A stretch of 44,220 nucleotides of DNA from a virus (taxonomy: Duplodnaviria; Caudoviricetes). Where the stretch lies: IMG/VR virus record IMGVR_UViG_3300017644_000118, positions 1 to 44,220 of that record; one strand, given 5' to 3'. Each line of letters begins with the position of its first letter. Within the stretch, counting starts at the first letter, position 1. A model generated the notes under the pieces. It was not told the DNA's origin, did not search any database, and saw nothing but the letters and a program-made list of their open reading frames with translations. Both the position numbers and the translations under genes were made by a program. Positions 17,571 to 27,091 of this stretch are shown here, piece by piece.

Positions 17571-18043
17571 TACAGACCTCCGAAGACACCGGGCCAGCCA
17601 TAAGCAGGCCCCGGCCAATCTTTCGCATAGCCAGACAAGCAGCCTCCGACGGCGCCAACGGCCACACGTGGTCCGCCCTTCACCATTCGAAGAAGTTGGA
17701 AGAAATAGGCGCCACAGTTAGTCTGAGACAGCCAGTCACCATAGGACGTATCTCCTGCGGCTTTCTGGAACCGTGTGAGCGTCAATTCTCCTGATCGGAT
17801 GGATTGATACTGAGAGCGCCCGGAAGCTTGTGAGCGGCTCTCTGCATCGGTTCCTAGCCCATCCAACGTCATCAGATGGCAAGTGTAGGCTACCCATCCC
17901 TGCTCGTAGAGCTTTTCAGGCCATGACTGGTCGACAAAGACTGAAGCCATATCGATGTAGCTCTGCACTACAGCATCATCCACCGAAGCGAATTGAGGCT
18001 TTAGCTCTTTGAACCTGGCCGGCGTGAGGTCTTCATAGGCCAT
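17570..18043 (-). CDS. Head-tail adaptor (DUF4054-like)
   Basis: F...PQF..V.D, CHLMTL, L.QT.CG..F.QLL. Confidence 0.8.
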   Translation of the reverse strand: MAYEDLTPARFKELKPQFASVDDAVVQSYIDMASVFVDQSWPEKLYEQGWVAYTCHLMTLDGLGTDAESRSQASGRSQYQSIRSGELTLTRFQKAAGDTSYGDWLSQTNCGAYFFQLLRMVKGGPRVAVGAVGGCLSGYAKDWPGPAYGWPGVFGGL

Positions 18044-18045
18044 GG

Positions 18046-18408
18046 TCAACCAGCCAGTTCAGCGTCAATCCGCTTCTGCAGTTCCGAGACATCCCACTTG
18101 TGATAGAATTTCTTGCCGGTCAGGTCGGCGTAATCCTTGCGCAGTTTCGCAAGTTCCGGGTCAACATCCTTGGAAGCCTTCGCCTTTTTCTCAGCCACGG
18201 GCTTGCCGTCAACCCAGTTGCCGACAGGCTCGGCACTCGGAACAGTCGACCCCTCGAACAACTGGAAATAGCCAATCGTGCGATAAAGCGGCAAATGAAG
18301 CGGATCAACGTCAACCGTGATATCACCGCGAGCCGGAAGGCGTTCAGTCTTGCCGCCTTTGACGCGAATGTCGTACGGCGAGTTGGTCAGGTTCTTGATA
18401 CGATGCAT
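18046..18408 (-). CDS. Hypothetical head-associated protein
   Basis: GAGG RBS; follows the MCP; C-terminal LRKDY..LTGKK...W...EL..RI. Confidence 0.7.
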   Translation of the reverse strand: MHRIKNLTNSPYDIRVKGGKTERLPARGDITVDVDPLHLPLYRTIGYFQLFEGSTVPSAEPVGNWVDGKPVAEKKAKASKDVDPELAKLRKDYADLTGKKFYHKWDVSELQKRIDAELAG

Positions 18409-18421
18409 TGGTCGCCTCGTT

Positions 18422-18453
18422 AAAGATAAAGGCCCCGACGACTTGCCGGGGCC
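18422..18453 (-). terminator. Hairpin/terminator after the major capsid gene
   Basis: ggccccg/cggggcc stem followed by tttatcttt on the minus strand. Confidence 0.65.
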
Positions 18454-18463
18454 GTGATGGATA

Positions 18464-19462
18464 TTAGGCCGGAACCGGCGTGATCCCGTCGAGATATCGA
18501 ACACCGTTGCTCTTGAAGATCTGCAACTGGCCGACGCGACCGATGCCCGGAACCGTGTACTGCAGCGGGCCATCCTGGTAGACGTTCAGGAAACCGTACG
18601 GCATCGGCATGGGCAGTTCGAGAACATCCTGCGCGTTGCGATAGCCGATTGCACGGCCACCACCTGCTACGCCGACAGTTGCCGCCGTCGAAAGAACGGG
18701 AAGTTCGCGGATGGTGATCGGGCGGCCAGTGCGGCGCGTGTATTCGTTGTTTGCAACGAAATACTGCAGGATGTTCATGTTCGGGCTGGTTACGCCGTAA
18801 GGGGTGTTGACCAGGTAGGTCAGTGCGAGCGGTGGCAGCAGGATAGTATCAGCCAACAGCGACGTGAGGACGCCAGTGGTCGATGGCGGCCCCATCACCA
18901 GACTGTTGAGTTCGGCAACAATCTGTTCCGGCGTCTTGTTTCCGATACCAGAATTGAGAACCCAAGCAGTCTGTGGTGCTGCGGTACCCGTTGCTGGAGC
19001 GGCGGTTGGCGTAATGTACTGGTTATTGATGAAACCAGTCCAGCCAGGGTGGCCCGCACCAATAAGGGCAGTCTCCCAGACAAACACCTCCGCTGCGAAG
19101 CGGGCTGCGGTGGCCTTGCGGGCAGTCAGCGGATAGCTGGCGAAAGTGGCCTTGCCAAGCTCTTCGATATTCCAGCGATAGCCAACCGCGTACATTGCAA
19201 AGGTGCTCGACACCATCTGCAGGGTGACGTCAGCAAGCGGTACGTCCTTGGCATAGCCTGACTGCCACTTTGCCGCTCCGACCTTGTCACCGATATAGGT
19301 GTCAACGCCGGATGCCCACTCGGGATAGTTGGTGTTGACCGGAACCAGAGATGCATAATCCATCTCCGGATACTCGATCTCGAACGCACGGGAATTGAGC
19401 ACGTGCGACTGGTTACGGACAAAGCCGATATCGACCCCGACCGCGTCGTTGAGATTACGCAT
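18464..19462 (-). CDS. Major capsid protein (DUF2184 family)
   Basis: 332 aa; EIEYP...LVPV, GY.W.IEEL..A, LPMPMP motifs. Confidence 0.88.
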   Translation of the reverse strand: MRNLNDAVGVDIGFVRNQSHVLNSRAFEIEYPEMDYASLVPVNTNYPEWASGVDTYIGDKVGAAKWQSGYAKDVPLADVTLQMVSSTFAMYAVGYRWNIEELGKATFASYPLTARKATAARFAAEVFVWETALIGAGHPGWTGFINNQYITPTAAPATGTAAPQTAWVLNSGIGNKTPEQIVAELNSLVMGPPSTTGVLTSLLADTILLPPLALTYLVNTPYGVTSPNMNILQYFVANNEYTRRTGRPITIRELPVLSTAATVGVAGGGRAIGYRNAQDVLELPMPMPYGFLNVYQDGPLQYTVPGIGRVGQLQIFKSNGVRYLDGITPVPA

Positions 19463-19490
19463 TGTGTGATTGTCCTTCTATAGAGCCAAA

Positions 19491-19994
19491 TCAGGCAGCA
19501 GCCGTGACTGGATCATTGCCGGGAGTGATACGGAGGCGAACGGCGACAACTTCACCGGCAGCGGCGGCATTGTCGTCAAACTCGCAGTTTGGAAGCAGGA
19601 TGCGACCAGCAGCAGATGCACCGTAATAGCGGCCACTTGCTGGAACCCAGTAGACCTTCTGGCCCTTGGTGATGGCAGCACCGGCAGTGACAAAAATCAC
19701 GCCCATATCGGCTACGCCCAACATCTTGCCTTCGGCGTACTGGCCACCATCTGCGGTAGCGGTTGCACCGGAATCGATGTTGGCACGGGTGATGCCGGCG
19801 AAAACGCCACCTGCGGCGAGCTTCTTCACCTGGTCTGCGCCGGTGCCCTTCATAACGGGCTGGCCAAAGCCGATCGGATTGGCGGTGACGTCTTCGGCAA
19901 ACGCCGAGAACGCATTCCACTCTTCCATGTTGGCCATCATGCCCGGGAAACCCTTTGCAGGCTTCAGGGCAGTTGTCGTCTGAAACGGAGGCAT
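19491..19994 (-). CDS. Head decoration/cement protein
   Basis: GFPGM, IGFGQPV, FAGIT, G.IFV; between the protease and MCP genes. Confidence 0.8.
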   Translation of the reverse strand: MPPFQTTTALKPAKGFPGMMANMEEWNAFSAFAEDVTANPIGFGQPVMKGTGADQVKKLAAGGVFAGITRANIDSGATATADGGQYAEGKMLGVADMGVIFVTAGAAITKGQKVYWVPASGRYYGASAAGRILLPNCEFDDNAAAAGEVVAVRLRITPGNDPVTAAA

Positions 19995-20006
19995 GTGCGG
20001 TTCTCC

Positions 20007-21131
20007 TTACGCCTGCTTGCGGTTAAGACGGTCGAGGTACTTCTGGCGAGAACCCTCGTACTGCGAAACCGCGTCGTTGGAATTGACGTTCTTGATGGTC
20101 GAAATCGCGCTGCGAAGCGTTTCTGTGCCGGCCGCATCCTCAGCAAGGATGTCAAAGCGGGCATCGATATAAGCCTCGCCCTTGTCGCCCATCGCATCGC
20201 CCAGCTTGGCGACCACGACCGCCTTGCGGATAGCAGCGTCGGACAGACCATCCGTCTTGACTTCCGGTGCGATGGCTTTGGCCTTGGCGATCAGGTCGCC
20301 GCGGGCCTGCACGGCAGCATCGAGCGCCGCACCGTCGAGAACCTTTGCTTTCAGGGCGTCGATTTCGGCATCCTTTTTGGCCAGTTCGCCGTCCTTGGCC
20401 TTGATTGCGGTATCGTGATCAGAAACCAGCTTCACATGAGCCGCGTCGGCGTCAGCGAGCTGCTTCTGAAGCTTGGTGATCACCTGAGCGCCCTGATCGG
20501 TTACCTCGATCGAGAGCCCGTCAACGGTGACCGTCTTCAGTGGCTTATCGGACATGGATTTCTCCTTCTTGCTGTCCTGTTGAACGGGCATGGCGCCCCA
20601 TGACGCACCGTCACCGATGCGAGCTTGTGAACCGGCTCTCGCTCTATCCACGATGGCCAGATGATTGATGCGGATGTTTCTCTGCTGCGCGTCGTAGGGC
20701 TGGCCGTCAGCAGTCATTCCAGAGGACCAGTCCAAGTCGCAGGTGTAGCCGGCGGAAAGTTCTCGCTTGTCGTTCTCGACGGCCTGGATTGCCTTCTTAT
20801 CCTTCAGGATGAGCGGCAACATGATCCATTCGCCGTCCTGCTTGGCAGCGGTGGAAACCTCACCAGCAGAAAGCTCTTTCCAGTTGTCGGCAGTGACCGC
20901 CTCATCTGGATGATCGATCGTTACCGGCGCGTGACTGAACGATTGCAGGCTCTCAGGAGCAAACACCTCGGAGGCATCGCGATAAACACGAACAACCGAC
21001 ATATCCGGGCGCCCTACCTCATGACCGGCATAGAGTTGGATACCGGTGCGAACGCTGCGCGCAGTGGTCACAAGGTAGCCGTCTCCGGTCCGTCTCGTTC
21101 CCGAGATGGGTGCAGCATCAATAAATTTCAT
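20007..21131 (-). CDS. Prohead protease/scaffold (DUF2213 family)
   Basis: RTGIQLY, PVTIDHP, ELSAGY, NHLAIVDRARAG; C-terminal coiled-coil scaffold. Confidence 0.92.
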   Translation of the reverse strand: MKFIDAAPISGTRRTGDGYLVTTARSVRTGIQLYAGHEVGRPDMSVVRVYRDASEVFAPESLQSFSHAPVTIDHPDEAVTADNWKELSAGEVSTAAKQDGEWIMLPLILKDKKAIQAVENDKRELSAGYTCDLDWSSGMTADGQPYDAQQRNIRINHLAIVDRARAGSQARIGDGASWGAMPVQQDSKKEKSMSDKPLKTVTVDGLSIEVTDQGAQVITKLQKQLADADAAHVKLVSDHDTAIKAKDGELAKKDAEIDALKAKVLDGAALDAAVQARGDLIAKAKAIAPEVKTDGLSDAAIRKAVVVAKLGDAMGDKGEAYIDARFDILAEDAAGTETLRSAISTIKNVNSNDAVSQYEGSRQKYLDRLNRKQA

Positions 21132-21212
21132 TGTGGTTACCTACTATCGCTATTGTTGTAGGTGGGAGAGAATCATGGTCATCTCATTGTGTTAACCAGC
21201 AAGGGGCTGAAC

Positions 21213-21371
21213 ATGGCTAAGACACCAAAGGGGCACTCACCAAAAATCGAATCTCTAGCGGGAAAGACACTAGCGAACCCGAATGCGGGGAAGACCGCGA
21301 AGAAGCTCGCCGGGGCCGTGCTTGCTCATTCCGATGGGAAACCCAACAAGCCTGCACCTAAGAAGAAATAA
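21213..21371 (+). CDS. Small basic hypothetical protein (antisense moron)
   Basis: 52 aa, Lys-rich; AAGGGG RBS. Confidence 0.6.
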   Translation: MAKTPKGHSPKIESLAGKTLANPNAGKTAKKLAGAVLAHSDGKPNKPAPKKK

Positions 21372-21378
21372 CCATCCA

Positions 21379-21717
21379 TCATGGTGATGCAGGCGTCGTG
21401 TTGGTCTTGATGTCGTTCAGCAAGGCCGTCTGCGCCTGCATTTCAGATAGTATGCCGCGCATCACAGCGAGCATCGTCTGCCCAGCCGCTGCTGGATCGG
21501 TCGTGACCGCAGTTTGGGCGGCTGTGCCAGTGACGGCTGTAAGCTGGGCATTGGTCAGCGGGCCGGTGACGGCTTGGGATGCCGGGAAGTTCGTTACTTC
21601 AACCTGACCAGATGCGCCGCCACCGCCACCTTCAACGACCGTAGTCTGCTGGAGACTGCCATCTGATGCGATGTAGGATGAAACGTCGGTATTCGGAATG
21701 GGAGTGACTGCCATCAT
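21379..21717 (-). CDS. Hypothetical virion-associated protein
   Basis: AGGAG RBS; VTNFPASQAVTGPLT low-complexity motif. Confidence 0.65.
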   Translation of the reverse strand: MMAVTPIPNTDVSSYIASDGSLQQTTVVEGGGGGASGQVEVTNFPASQAVTGPLTNAQLTAVTGTAAQTAVTTDPAAAGQTMLAVMRGILSEMQAQTALLNDIKTNTTPASP

Positions 21718-22121
21718 CCTCTCCTGATTGTTACCCGCACCGTCTCAGCAACCTTGCTGGAGACGTTCTTGCGGTTCTTTTCGGTTGCTGGTCGCATGAA
21801 CGGGCGCTCGGCCATCTTGGATGTGCCGTATTCAAGCGCTGCGCTATATTCTGCATGACTGGTTACATGGACGGTCGGCGGGTTCTGAGCCTTGATCTCG
21901 GTTTCGATATTCGTGTCCAGATGACCGGTATCGCGGTTAGGTGGCTGACCGGGCAATGACGGAACATGGCCAGCGCCAGATACAGAGCCCTCGGTGATAG
22001 ATCGTTCGGCGTCGAGCTCGATATCCTGTCCAGCCGCATAAAGCGCGCCTGTGACCTGCCTTGCGGCTTTGCGCATGTTTTGCAGCCGCTTGACGTGCTT
22101 ATCCAGACCTTTGACCGTCAT
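21714..22121 (-). CDS. HK97 gp10-like neck/tail completion protein
   Basis: PG.PP..DTG.L, EY...LEYGTSKM.ERPFMRPA. Confidence 0.88.
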   Translation of the reverse strand: MTVKGLDKHVKRLQNMRKAARQVTGALYAAGQDIELDAERSITEGSVSGAGHVPSLPGQPPNRDTGHLDTNIETEIKAQNPPTVHVTSHAEYSAALEYGTSKMAERPFMRPATEKNRKNVSSKVAETVRVTIRRG

Positions 22122-22942
22122 CAGTCCATCCTCAGTATCCCCTTGGCCTTGCAGCCACAGAATGGGGCAAACCCCGGCGGGTCTTTCTTGGCGACTTCAC
22201 TATTCCAGGCATACACCTTGCCATTTCTGGCCAGATGTTCTGGTCTGTAGTGCTTCTTTCCAGAGTGCCGCCATTCAAACTCGGTCATACCGACCTGAAG
22301 CTGCCGATCCTTGTCCAAGGCGGATGAGAGCTTTTGTGTCTGGTCGGTTGCGATCCTGAGCGCACGATCCCGCGAAAGGTTCAGCGCTTCACTGAGCTGC
22401 TTGGCCACTTCACGGGCAGGAGTGCGATTCTGGAGACCGCGGTAAACGATGTCCGCTATTCGCCCCCTCGCCTGATCGGAAACATCTCTGACCAGAGCGA
22501 CATTGCGGGCCAGTACGTCATCCAGTGTTTCCTGAACGTCGACTGGCTGCATCTGGGTCGATAGATCGACCTTGGTTGCGTAGTTGATGGTCTGGATGAA
22601 CCGGCGCATGTGCCAGAGCTGCAACCGGGTTGCCCAGACACGAAAGAGACCACGAAACGACAGGACGGCCCGCACAGCCTGCCCGTCGACAGCTTCAATC
22701 TCCGTTTCCACTGACCCGACACGGTCACGCATCAGCTTATCGATGGCGACCTGTTCGGCCAGAGCCTGCTTATAAACCGGGAATATCTGATCCCTTACAC
22801 CGACACGCCAGACCCGCACCACCGTGAGGTAAATGCGGGCCAGTTCATCTCTCTGCGCCTTGGTTGGCTCGATCTGGGGCAGTTCGACATCAGCCTTGCG
22901 ATAGCCGGTCGCCTTCACCTGCCATTTGAGATCAATGCGCAT
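22121..22942 (-). CDS. Minor head / head morphogenesis protein (Mu gpF/SPP1 gp7-like)
   Basis: RA.RIATDQT.K, EW..S....R.EH..RNGKVY.W, PG...CGC. Confidence 0.88.
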   Translation of the reverse strand: MRIDLKWQVKATGYRKADVELPQIEPTKAQRDELARIYLTVVRVWRVGVRDQIFPVYKQALAEQVAIDKLMRDRVGSVETEIEAVDGQAVRAVLSFRGLFRVWATRLQLWHMRRFIQTINYATKVDLSTQMQPVDVQETLDDVLARNVALVRDVSDQARGRIADIVYRGLQNRTPAREVAKQLSEALNLSRDRALRIATDQTQKLSSALDKDRQLQVGMTEFEWRHSGKKHYRPEHLARNGKVYAWNSEVAKKDPPGFAPFCGCKAKGILRMD

Positions 22943-23018
22943 GGGCTGCCAACTTTTTACTGGTTTAGGTCGTTAAGTTCTGCAACTTTGCATTGCTGAA
23001 CAACGATTCGGAGGGCTC

Positions 23019-23204
23019 ATGATCTACACTTTGGAAATCTACAAAGGCGACAGCAGAATTTTCGCCCATGACATCTTATTGGATGCTTCGCAGAAGTTCG
23101 GTGAACAGATCGAATCTGCATTGCATAAATTTCGCCTAAATTTCCCAGGCGTTGGCTTGTTCGATGATGACGTGCGGATGCATATTGGTAAAGCCGACAG
23201 ATAA
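23019..23204 (+). CDS. Small hypothetical protein (antisense moron)
   Basis: GGAGG RBS; ends at a perfect hairpin. Confidence 0.6.
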   Translation: MIYTLEIYKGDSRIFAHDILLDASQKFGEQIESALHKFRLNFPGVGLFDDDVRMHIGKADR

Positions 23205-23206
23205 TT

Positions 23207-23237
23207 AATAGCCGCGGTTGAAATGACCGCGGCTATT
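23207..23237. terminator. Bidirectional hairpin between convergent genes
   Basis: Perfect 12-bp inverted repeat aatagccgcggt/accgcggctatt. Confidence 0.7.
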
Positions 23238-24579
23238 CGTTTTCATAGTCAATTTCATCGGGGTTGATGGTCCCGTCGACGTCGTCGTCGCTTTCTTCCA
23301 GTGCCTCATCAAGGCCCGGCCAGCGTCCGCTTTCAATCATACGGTTCTGGGTGGCTTCTGCCAACGCATCGGTTGGTACAAGACCGGTACGAGCATAGAT
23401 GTCGACCGTCTCGGCTTCCATCTTGTCAATTTCAGCCTTTTCCTTCTCTGACAGCTGGAACAGTGGAACCCACGATGCCCAGATACCATCATCGGACTTA
23501 CCGAGAGCGGAACGGATCAGCATTGCATCCAGAGGGGCCAGCATCGGACTGATAATGAGTTCCTGCTTGGCTTTCACACTGTCGTAGTAGTTCCGTAGTG
23601 ACCCCTCATCCTTGCCACTCAGGCCCGCTTCCTGCTTGCCTGTAAGGCGTGTTAACGGGATATCAGCGGCACCGGCCATGACGTTCAACAGCGTATTGGT
23701 GACATCGGGCAGACCGGTCCAGGTGATTTGCTTCTGATCCCACTCGTCATCACCGTCCAGCATGAGCACGTTCGAGATGCTTTTCAGCACGGCCACCATC
23801 TGCCAGCGCTTAATCATCGTCGCTTCCATGTCGGCATTTGCCATCATGGTCATCATGTTCTTTATGCGGACAACGTCAATCTTGGCTTCCTGCAGAAGGG
23901 CATCAATGACGGATGCAGCACTATCTGCAGCCATCACAGCATCGCTGATGTGCATCCAGATGCTGTCACCCCAGCCATTGGCGCCTACACGCCGATTGTT
24001 CACTGTACGCCCGTTGACCCGGATCACGCGCGACGGATGCAATTCGACCTGCTGACCGTTGGCCGAGTTGATCACATATTTGGCAGGGCTGCCGTACATC
24101 GGATCAAGCGGATCCGTGATGATATCCTGCGCCGTGATTTCATGCCGGCTGAGAACCGTGAGAGCCTTGATGCTTCCCTTGGCAATGCGATCGACAGACA
24201 AAGGCTGGTTGAGCGCACCGGGCAAGCCAAGCGGGATGATAACCGCTCCGCCGTACAGCCGCGCCCAGATCAAAGCCTGTCGCACCTGTTGGCGAACCTG
24301 CAGACGCTTTTCTTCGGCTTCAATCCGTTCGATATCCTCCTTGTCAGCCTTCCATGTGCGCCATTCACGGGTTGCATCGTCAGCCGGGATATCAACGATC
24401 TTCCCGAACCACGTCGACACACGATAGGCGTTTTCAAGCGTCATCTGGTCGTGATCGATGACGTATGTATGAGCGGATGTCTTTGCGTTCCCGCCCCCCA
24501 GACCGGCGACGAAATTGGCAAATCCATCCGTAATCACGCCAGCAGTGTTGACGCGAACACGGGGCTTTGTCTCGGTCAT
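23233..24579 (-). CDS. Portal protein (DUF1073 family)
   Basis: IVDIPADDATREW, WARLYGGA, HPSRVI, GWGDS, AGAADIPLTRL.G, NYYD. Confidence 0.92.
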   Translation of the reverse strand: MTETKPRVRVNTAGVITDGFANFVAGLGGGNAKTSAHTYVIDHDQMTLENAYRVSTWFGKIVDIPADDATREWRTWKADKEDIERIEAEEKRLQVRQQVRQALIWARLYGGAVIIPLGLPGALNQPLSVDRIAKGSIKALTVLSRHEITAQDIITDPLDPMYGSPAKYVINSANGQQVELHPSRVIRVNGRTVNNRRVGANGWGDSIWMHISDAVMAADSAASVIDALLQEAKIDVVRIKNMMTMMANADMEATMIKRWQMVAVLKSISNVLMLDGDDEWDQKQITWTGLPDVTNTLLNVMAGAADIPLTRLTGKQEAGLSGKDEGSLRNYYDSVKAKQELIISPMLAPLDAMLIRSALGKSDDGIWASWVPLFQLSEKEKAEIDKMEAETVDIYARTGLVPTDALAEATQNRMIESGRWPGLDEALEESDDDVDGTINPDEIDYENE

Positions 24580-26027
24580 GAGTAAGCTTTCATCATTTGT
24601 TCGAGGGTGTAGCCTTCAATGTCTATGTTCACATTGTCCGCTGCGATTACCGCATCAGCGAGGTTGTGCGATTTAACGCCCAGATCCTTTTTGAGCTTCA
24701 GCTTAGGAACAACGCGCTTTTTGCCTTCGCTCTCCACCCACCAGGGAACGCAGAGTTCAGTGAACAGCGCGTCGAGCTTCGCCTTCCCCATTTCGGAGGA
24801 AAACGACAGCACATCTTCCGGCTTGATCGATTGGCCTCGCGTGACCGCGTTGAATGTCAGCATGGCCCGCCGGGCCGTATTTGCCCACGCCTGGGCCTTC
24901 AGGTTCAGATATTCGTTCTTGTTCAGCGGACTATTGCTGTTCAGTGGGTCACTTGGCTTATCGCCATCCATAACCGCGCCGCCGGCATGGAACGCGAAAT
25001 GCTCGACATTTGTGTCAGATAACCGGTTCTGCTCATCGATATAGCCGCCGACAAACGCCCCGACGCCGATTGTGTCATATGACACAGTGGCGCCGACCAG
25101 CTTTGCCTTAGCCCATACCCTCTTGGCATTCTGGACGAGCTCATCCTTTCCGGATGTCCAATCTTCCACATCTGTGAAAACGCCGTGAATCTTGTCTGCG
25201 GTGGCGCTTTTGTCCTCACCGTCATCGGCCGGATCAAATCCTATGACGTTCCGACCGGTTAAGCTGAGTTTCAGTACTGTATGGGCGTCTACACAAGCAT
25301 CCAGCCAGCGGCGCTTGAATATAGAAAGCTCGCTATCGCCAAGAGGAATGCCACCGTATACGTGCTCGAACATCTCCGGGTTGCGTTCCCGCATCGTGGC
25401 GATGTCCCGAAGCGCCTTCTGCGACAGAAAAGGATTTTCCGTATAGTCGATCTTCCTCACAACCGAGTGGGGCTGTTCCGTGACAACGAAATTCTTCCAG
25501 ACGAAATCAGTAACAAACTTCGGATTGAACAGCAGGATCGCAAGACTGTCCTCCTTGCGGATCGTTGGGCCGATAACAACCCACTGATCCTCAGTTAGTT
25601 TTTCAGCCTCCTCTACCCATAGAATGTCAACGTCCGAAGTCCCCTTGATATCCTCCAGATTGCGCTCGATACCGTAGAAGATGAATTCAGAGCCCGTGGC
25701 TCGATGAATGATCGTTGTCTTCTGAATTTCGTAAGATGCTTGCAAGCCGAGATGGTTAATGGCCCACTTTAACTCGGTGTAGACCGATTCCTGAATGCGG
25801 TTCTGAAAGCGCCTGATACACAGAACGCGCATTCGTACCGGCAGGTGATCAATCAACCGAACCAACTGGCATGCCGTATCACGGGTTTTGGAGCTCGACC
25901 GCCCTCCGTGAAGAACCGCAATATCGGCTTTGCCGAGGAAAACGCGCTCCCAAAAGTCGTATAGGTTCGGGTTGGTGAGATATGTCGCGGCTTCTATCTC
26001 TTTTCGCTGCGCAGCACTTCCCGCCAT
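24576..26027 (-). CDS. Terminase large subunit (PBSX family)
   Basis: Walker A GGRSSSKT, Walker B ILWVEEA, nuclease GFDPADDGED and NLADA. Confidence 0.96.
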   Translation of the reverse strand: MAGSAAQRKEIEAATYLTNPNLYDFWERVFLGKADIAVLHGGRSSSKTRDTACQLVRLIDHLPVRMRVLCIRRFQNRIQESVYTELKWAINHLGLQASYEIQKTTIIHRATGSEFIFYGIERNLEDIKGTSDVDILWVEEAEKLTEDQWVVIGPTIRKEDSLAILLFNPKFVTDFVWKNFVVTEQPHSVVRKIDYTENPFLSQKALRDIATMRERNPEMFEHVYGGIPLGDSELSIFKRRWLDACVDAHTVLKLSLTGRNVIGFDPADDGEDKSATADKIHGVFTDVEDWTSGKDELVQNAKRVWAKAKLVGATVSYDTIGVGAFVGGYIDEQNRLSDTNVEHFAFHAGGAVMDGDKPSDPLNSNSPLNKNEYLNLKAQAWANTARRAMLTFNAVTRGQSIKPEDVLSFSSEMGKAKLDALFTELCVPWWVESEGKKRVVPKLKLKKDLGVKSHNLADAVIAADNVNIDIEGYTLEQMMKAYS

Positions 26028-26539
26028 GTTCTTGTCTCTGTCTGTATCGGTCCGCCGTCTGGCCCGGAATGCTCGTGCTTCTCGATCATAAATCCGAGCA
26101 TTTTAGCCATATCGACAAGTGCGCCCTTCTTATCGTGAAGCTTAAACTTGACGCGGCGAACGTCTCGCGCATCTTCTCCCCGACCATCCTTGAAGTCCTC
26201 GACGGTGACCTCGGCCAGCGCTGCGGCTTGCTCGCGCGTCAGGTTCGAGAAATCCAGATACGGGTCACCATCTGTCCCTGCTCGCATGTAATCGAGCATG
26301 TTCGAGAAGCCGATCTTGGCCAATTCCTCGACAATGCGCTCTTTAGTGATTTCAAGCTTGGCAGCGGTCTTGTTCTGACCTTTTGCGATGGCTTGCTGTA
26401 CCTTAACATTGGTTAACAGGCGCGAACCTTGTTCAGTGGCAGTCTTCTCGCTGTACCCTGCCCGTATCGCTGCTTGTGTGGCGTTCAGGTCAATCAGGTA
26501 TTCAGCGACAAACCGCTCTTGTTTCGGCGTGAGACTCAC
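25994..26539 (-). CDS. Terminase small subunit
   Basis: LTPKQERFVAEYLIDLNATQAAIRAGYS and KLHDK..AL..LAK.LG-like motifs. Confidence 0.96.
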   Translation of the reverse strand: MSLTPKQERFVAEYLIDLNATQAAIRAGYSEKTATEQGSRLLTNVKVQQAIAKGQNKTAAKLEITKERIVEELAKIGFSNMLDYMRAGTDGDPYLDFSNLTREQAAALAEVTVEDFKDGRGEDARDVRRVKFKLHDKKGALVDMAKMLGFMIEKHEHSGPDGGPIQTETRTWREVLRSEKR

Positions 26540-26575
26540 GGTTCAATTCCTAATGGGTACAGGGAGGATCAATTA

Positions 26576-26758
26576 ATGAGCGGGAAACCCCACATCACGG
26601 TTAGCATGGAGCAGGAAGGGCAGTACTGGCTTGTCATTACACTCAATGCCGACGGTCTCCGTCGCCAAGTGCGAAGGTGCAGAACTGAAGAAGAAGCTCG
26701 CGCGCGCATGGTCGAAGAGAAAGCACGGGTAGCGCCTCAAATCAGCCAGAGAACCTGA
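26576..26758 (+). CDS. Small hypothetical protein (antisense moron)
   Basis: GGGAGG RBS, ATG at 26576, 60 aa. Confidence 0.55.
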   Translation: MSGKPHITVSMEQEGQYWLVITLNADGLRRQVRRCRTEEEARARMVEEKARVAPQISQRT

Positions 26759-26987
26759 TTGTATGATTGCGCGTATTGATAACAACACGTCCGTCTGAGC
26801 TGCGAAGAACTAAACCAGCCGTTGAAGTACCGATATTGCTGGAATGAGCGCCCAGCGTTTCAGCAGTCACTCGAAACGTACCCTTGGCAATCTCGGTAGG
26901 CTTCTCCGCCCTTGGCAGCGCCATTGCAGGAACGGCAGCAGCTACAGGAGCGAGGCCGAGGAATTTGAGGAATGCGCGTCTCTTCAT
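26742..26987 (-). CDS. Tat-signal small protein with a C-terminus resembling the gpJ-like tip
   Basis: MKRRAFLK twin-arginine motif, h-region, AMA cleavage site; TAATG coupling to the upstream ORF. Confidence 0.7.
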   Translation of the reverse strand: MKRRAFLKFLGLAPVAAAVPAMALPRAEKPTEIAKGTFRVTAETLGAHSSNIGTSTAGLVLRSSDGRVVINTRNHTIRFSG

Positions 26988-27091
26988 TACTTTCCCCTTG
27001 CGGCAGCAATCCCGAGTACAACCAACTGCATCAGGATGACTACGCCGATGAAGTGCCAGAACGATTGGAAGGCGAATTCTAGGAACGCCAT
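26987..27091 (-). CDS. 34-aa single-TM peptide
   Basis: MAFLEFAFQSFWHFIGVVILMQLVVLGIAAARGK*; TGATG and TAATG coupling on both sides; absent from the ORF track. Confidence 0.6.
   Translation of the reverse strand: MAFLEFAFQSFWHFIGVVILMQLVVLGIAAARGK

Noticed and set aside
19470-20603. 377-aa plus-strand ORF (similarly 23728-24585, 9709-10332, 33065-33853, 38819-39547, 40266-41054)
   Set aside because: Antisense shadows of well-supported genes in GC-rich, codon-biased DNA; no recognisable motifs
23233-24579. Anti-CBASS Acb1 label sometimes attached to DUF1073 proteins
   Set aside because: Position and motifs indicate a plain portal protein; no additional 2H-phosphodiesterase domain with paired HxT motifs is evident
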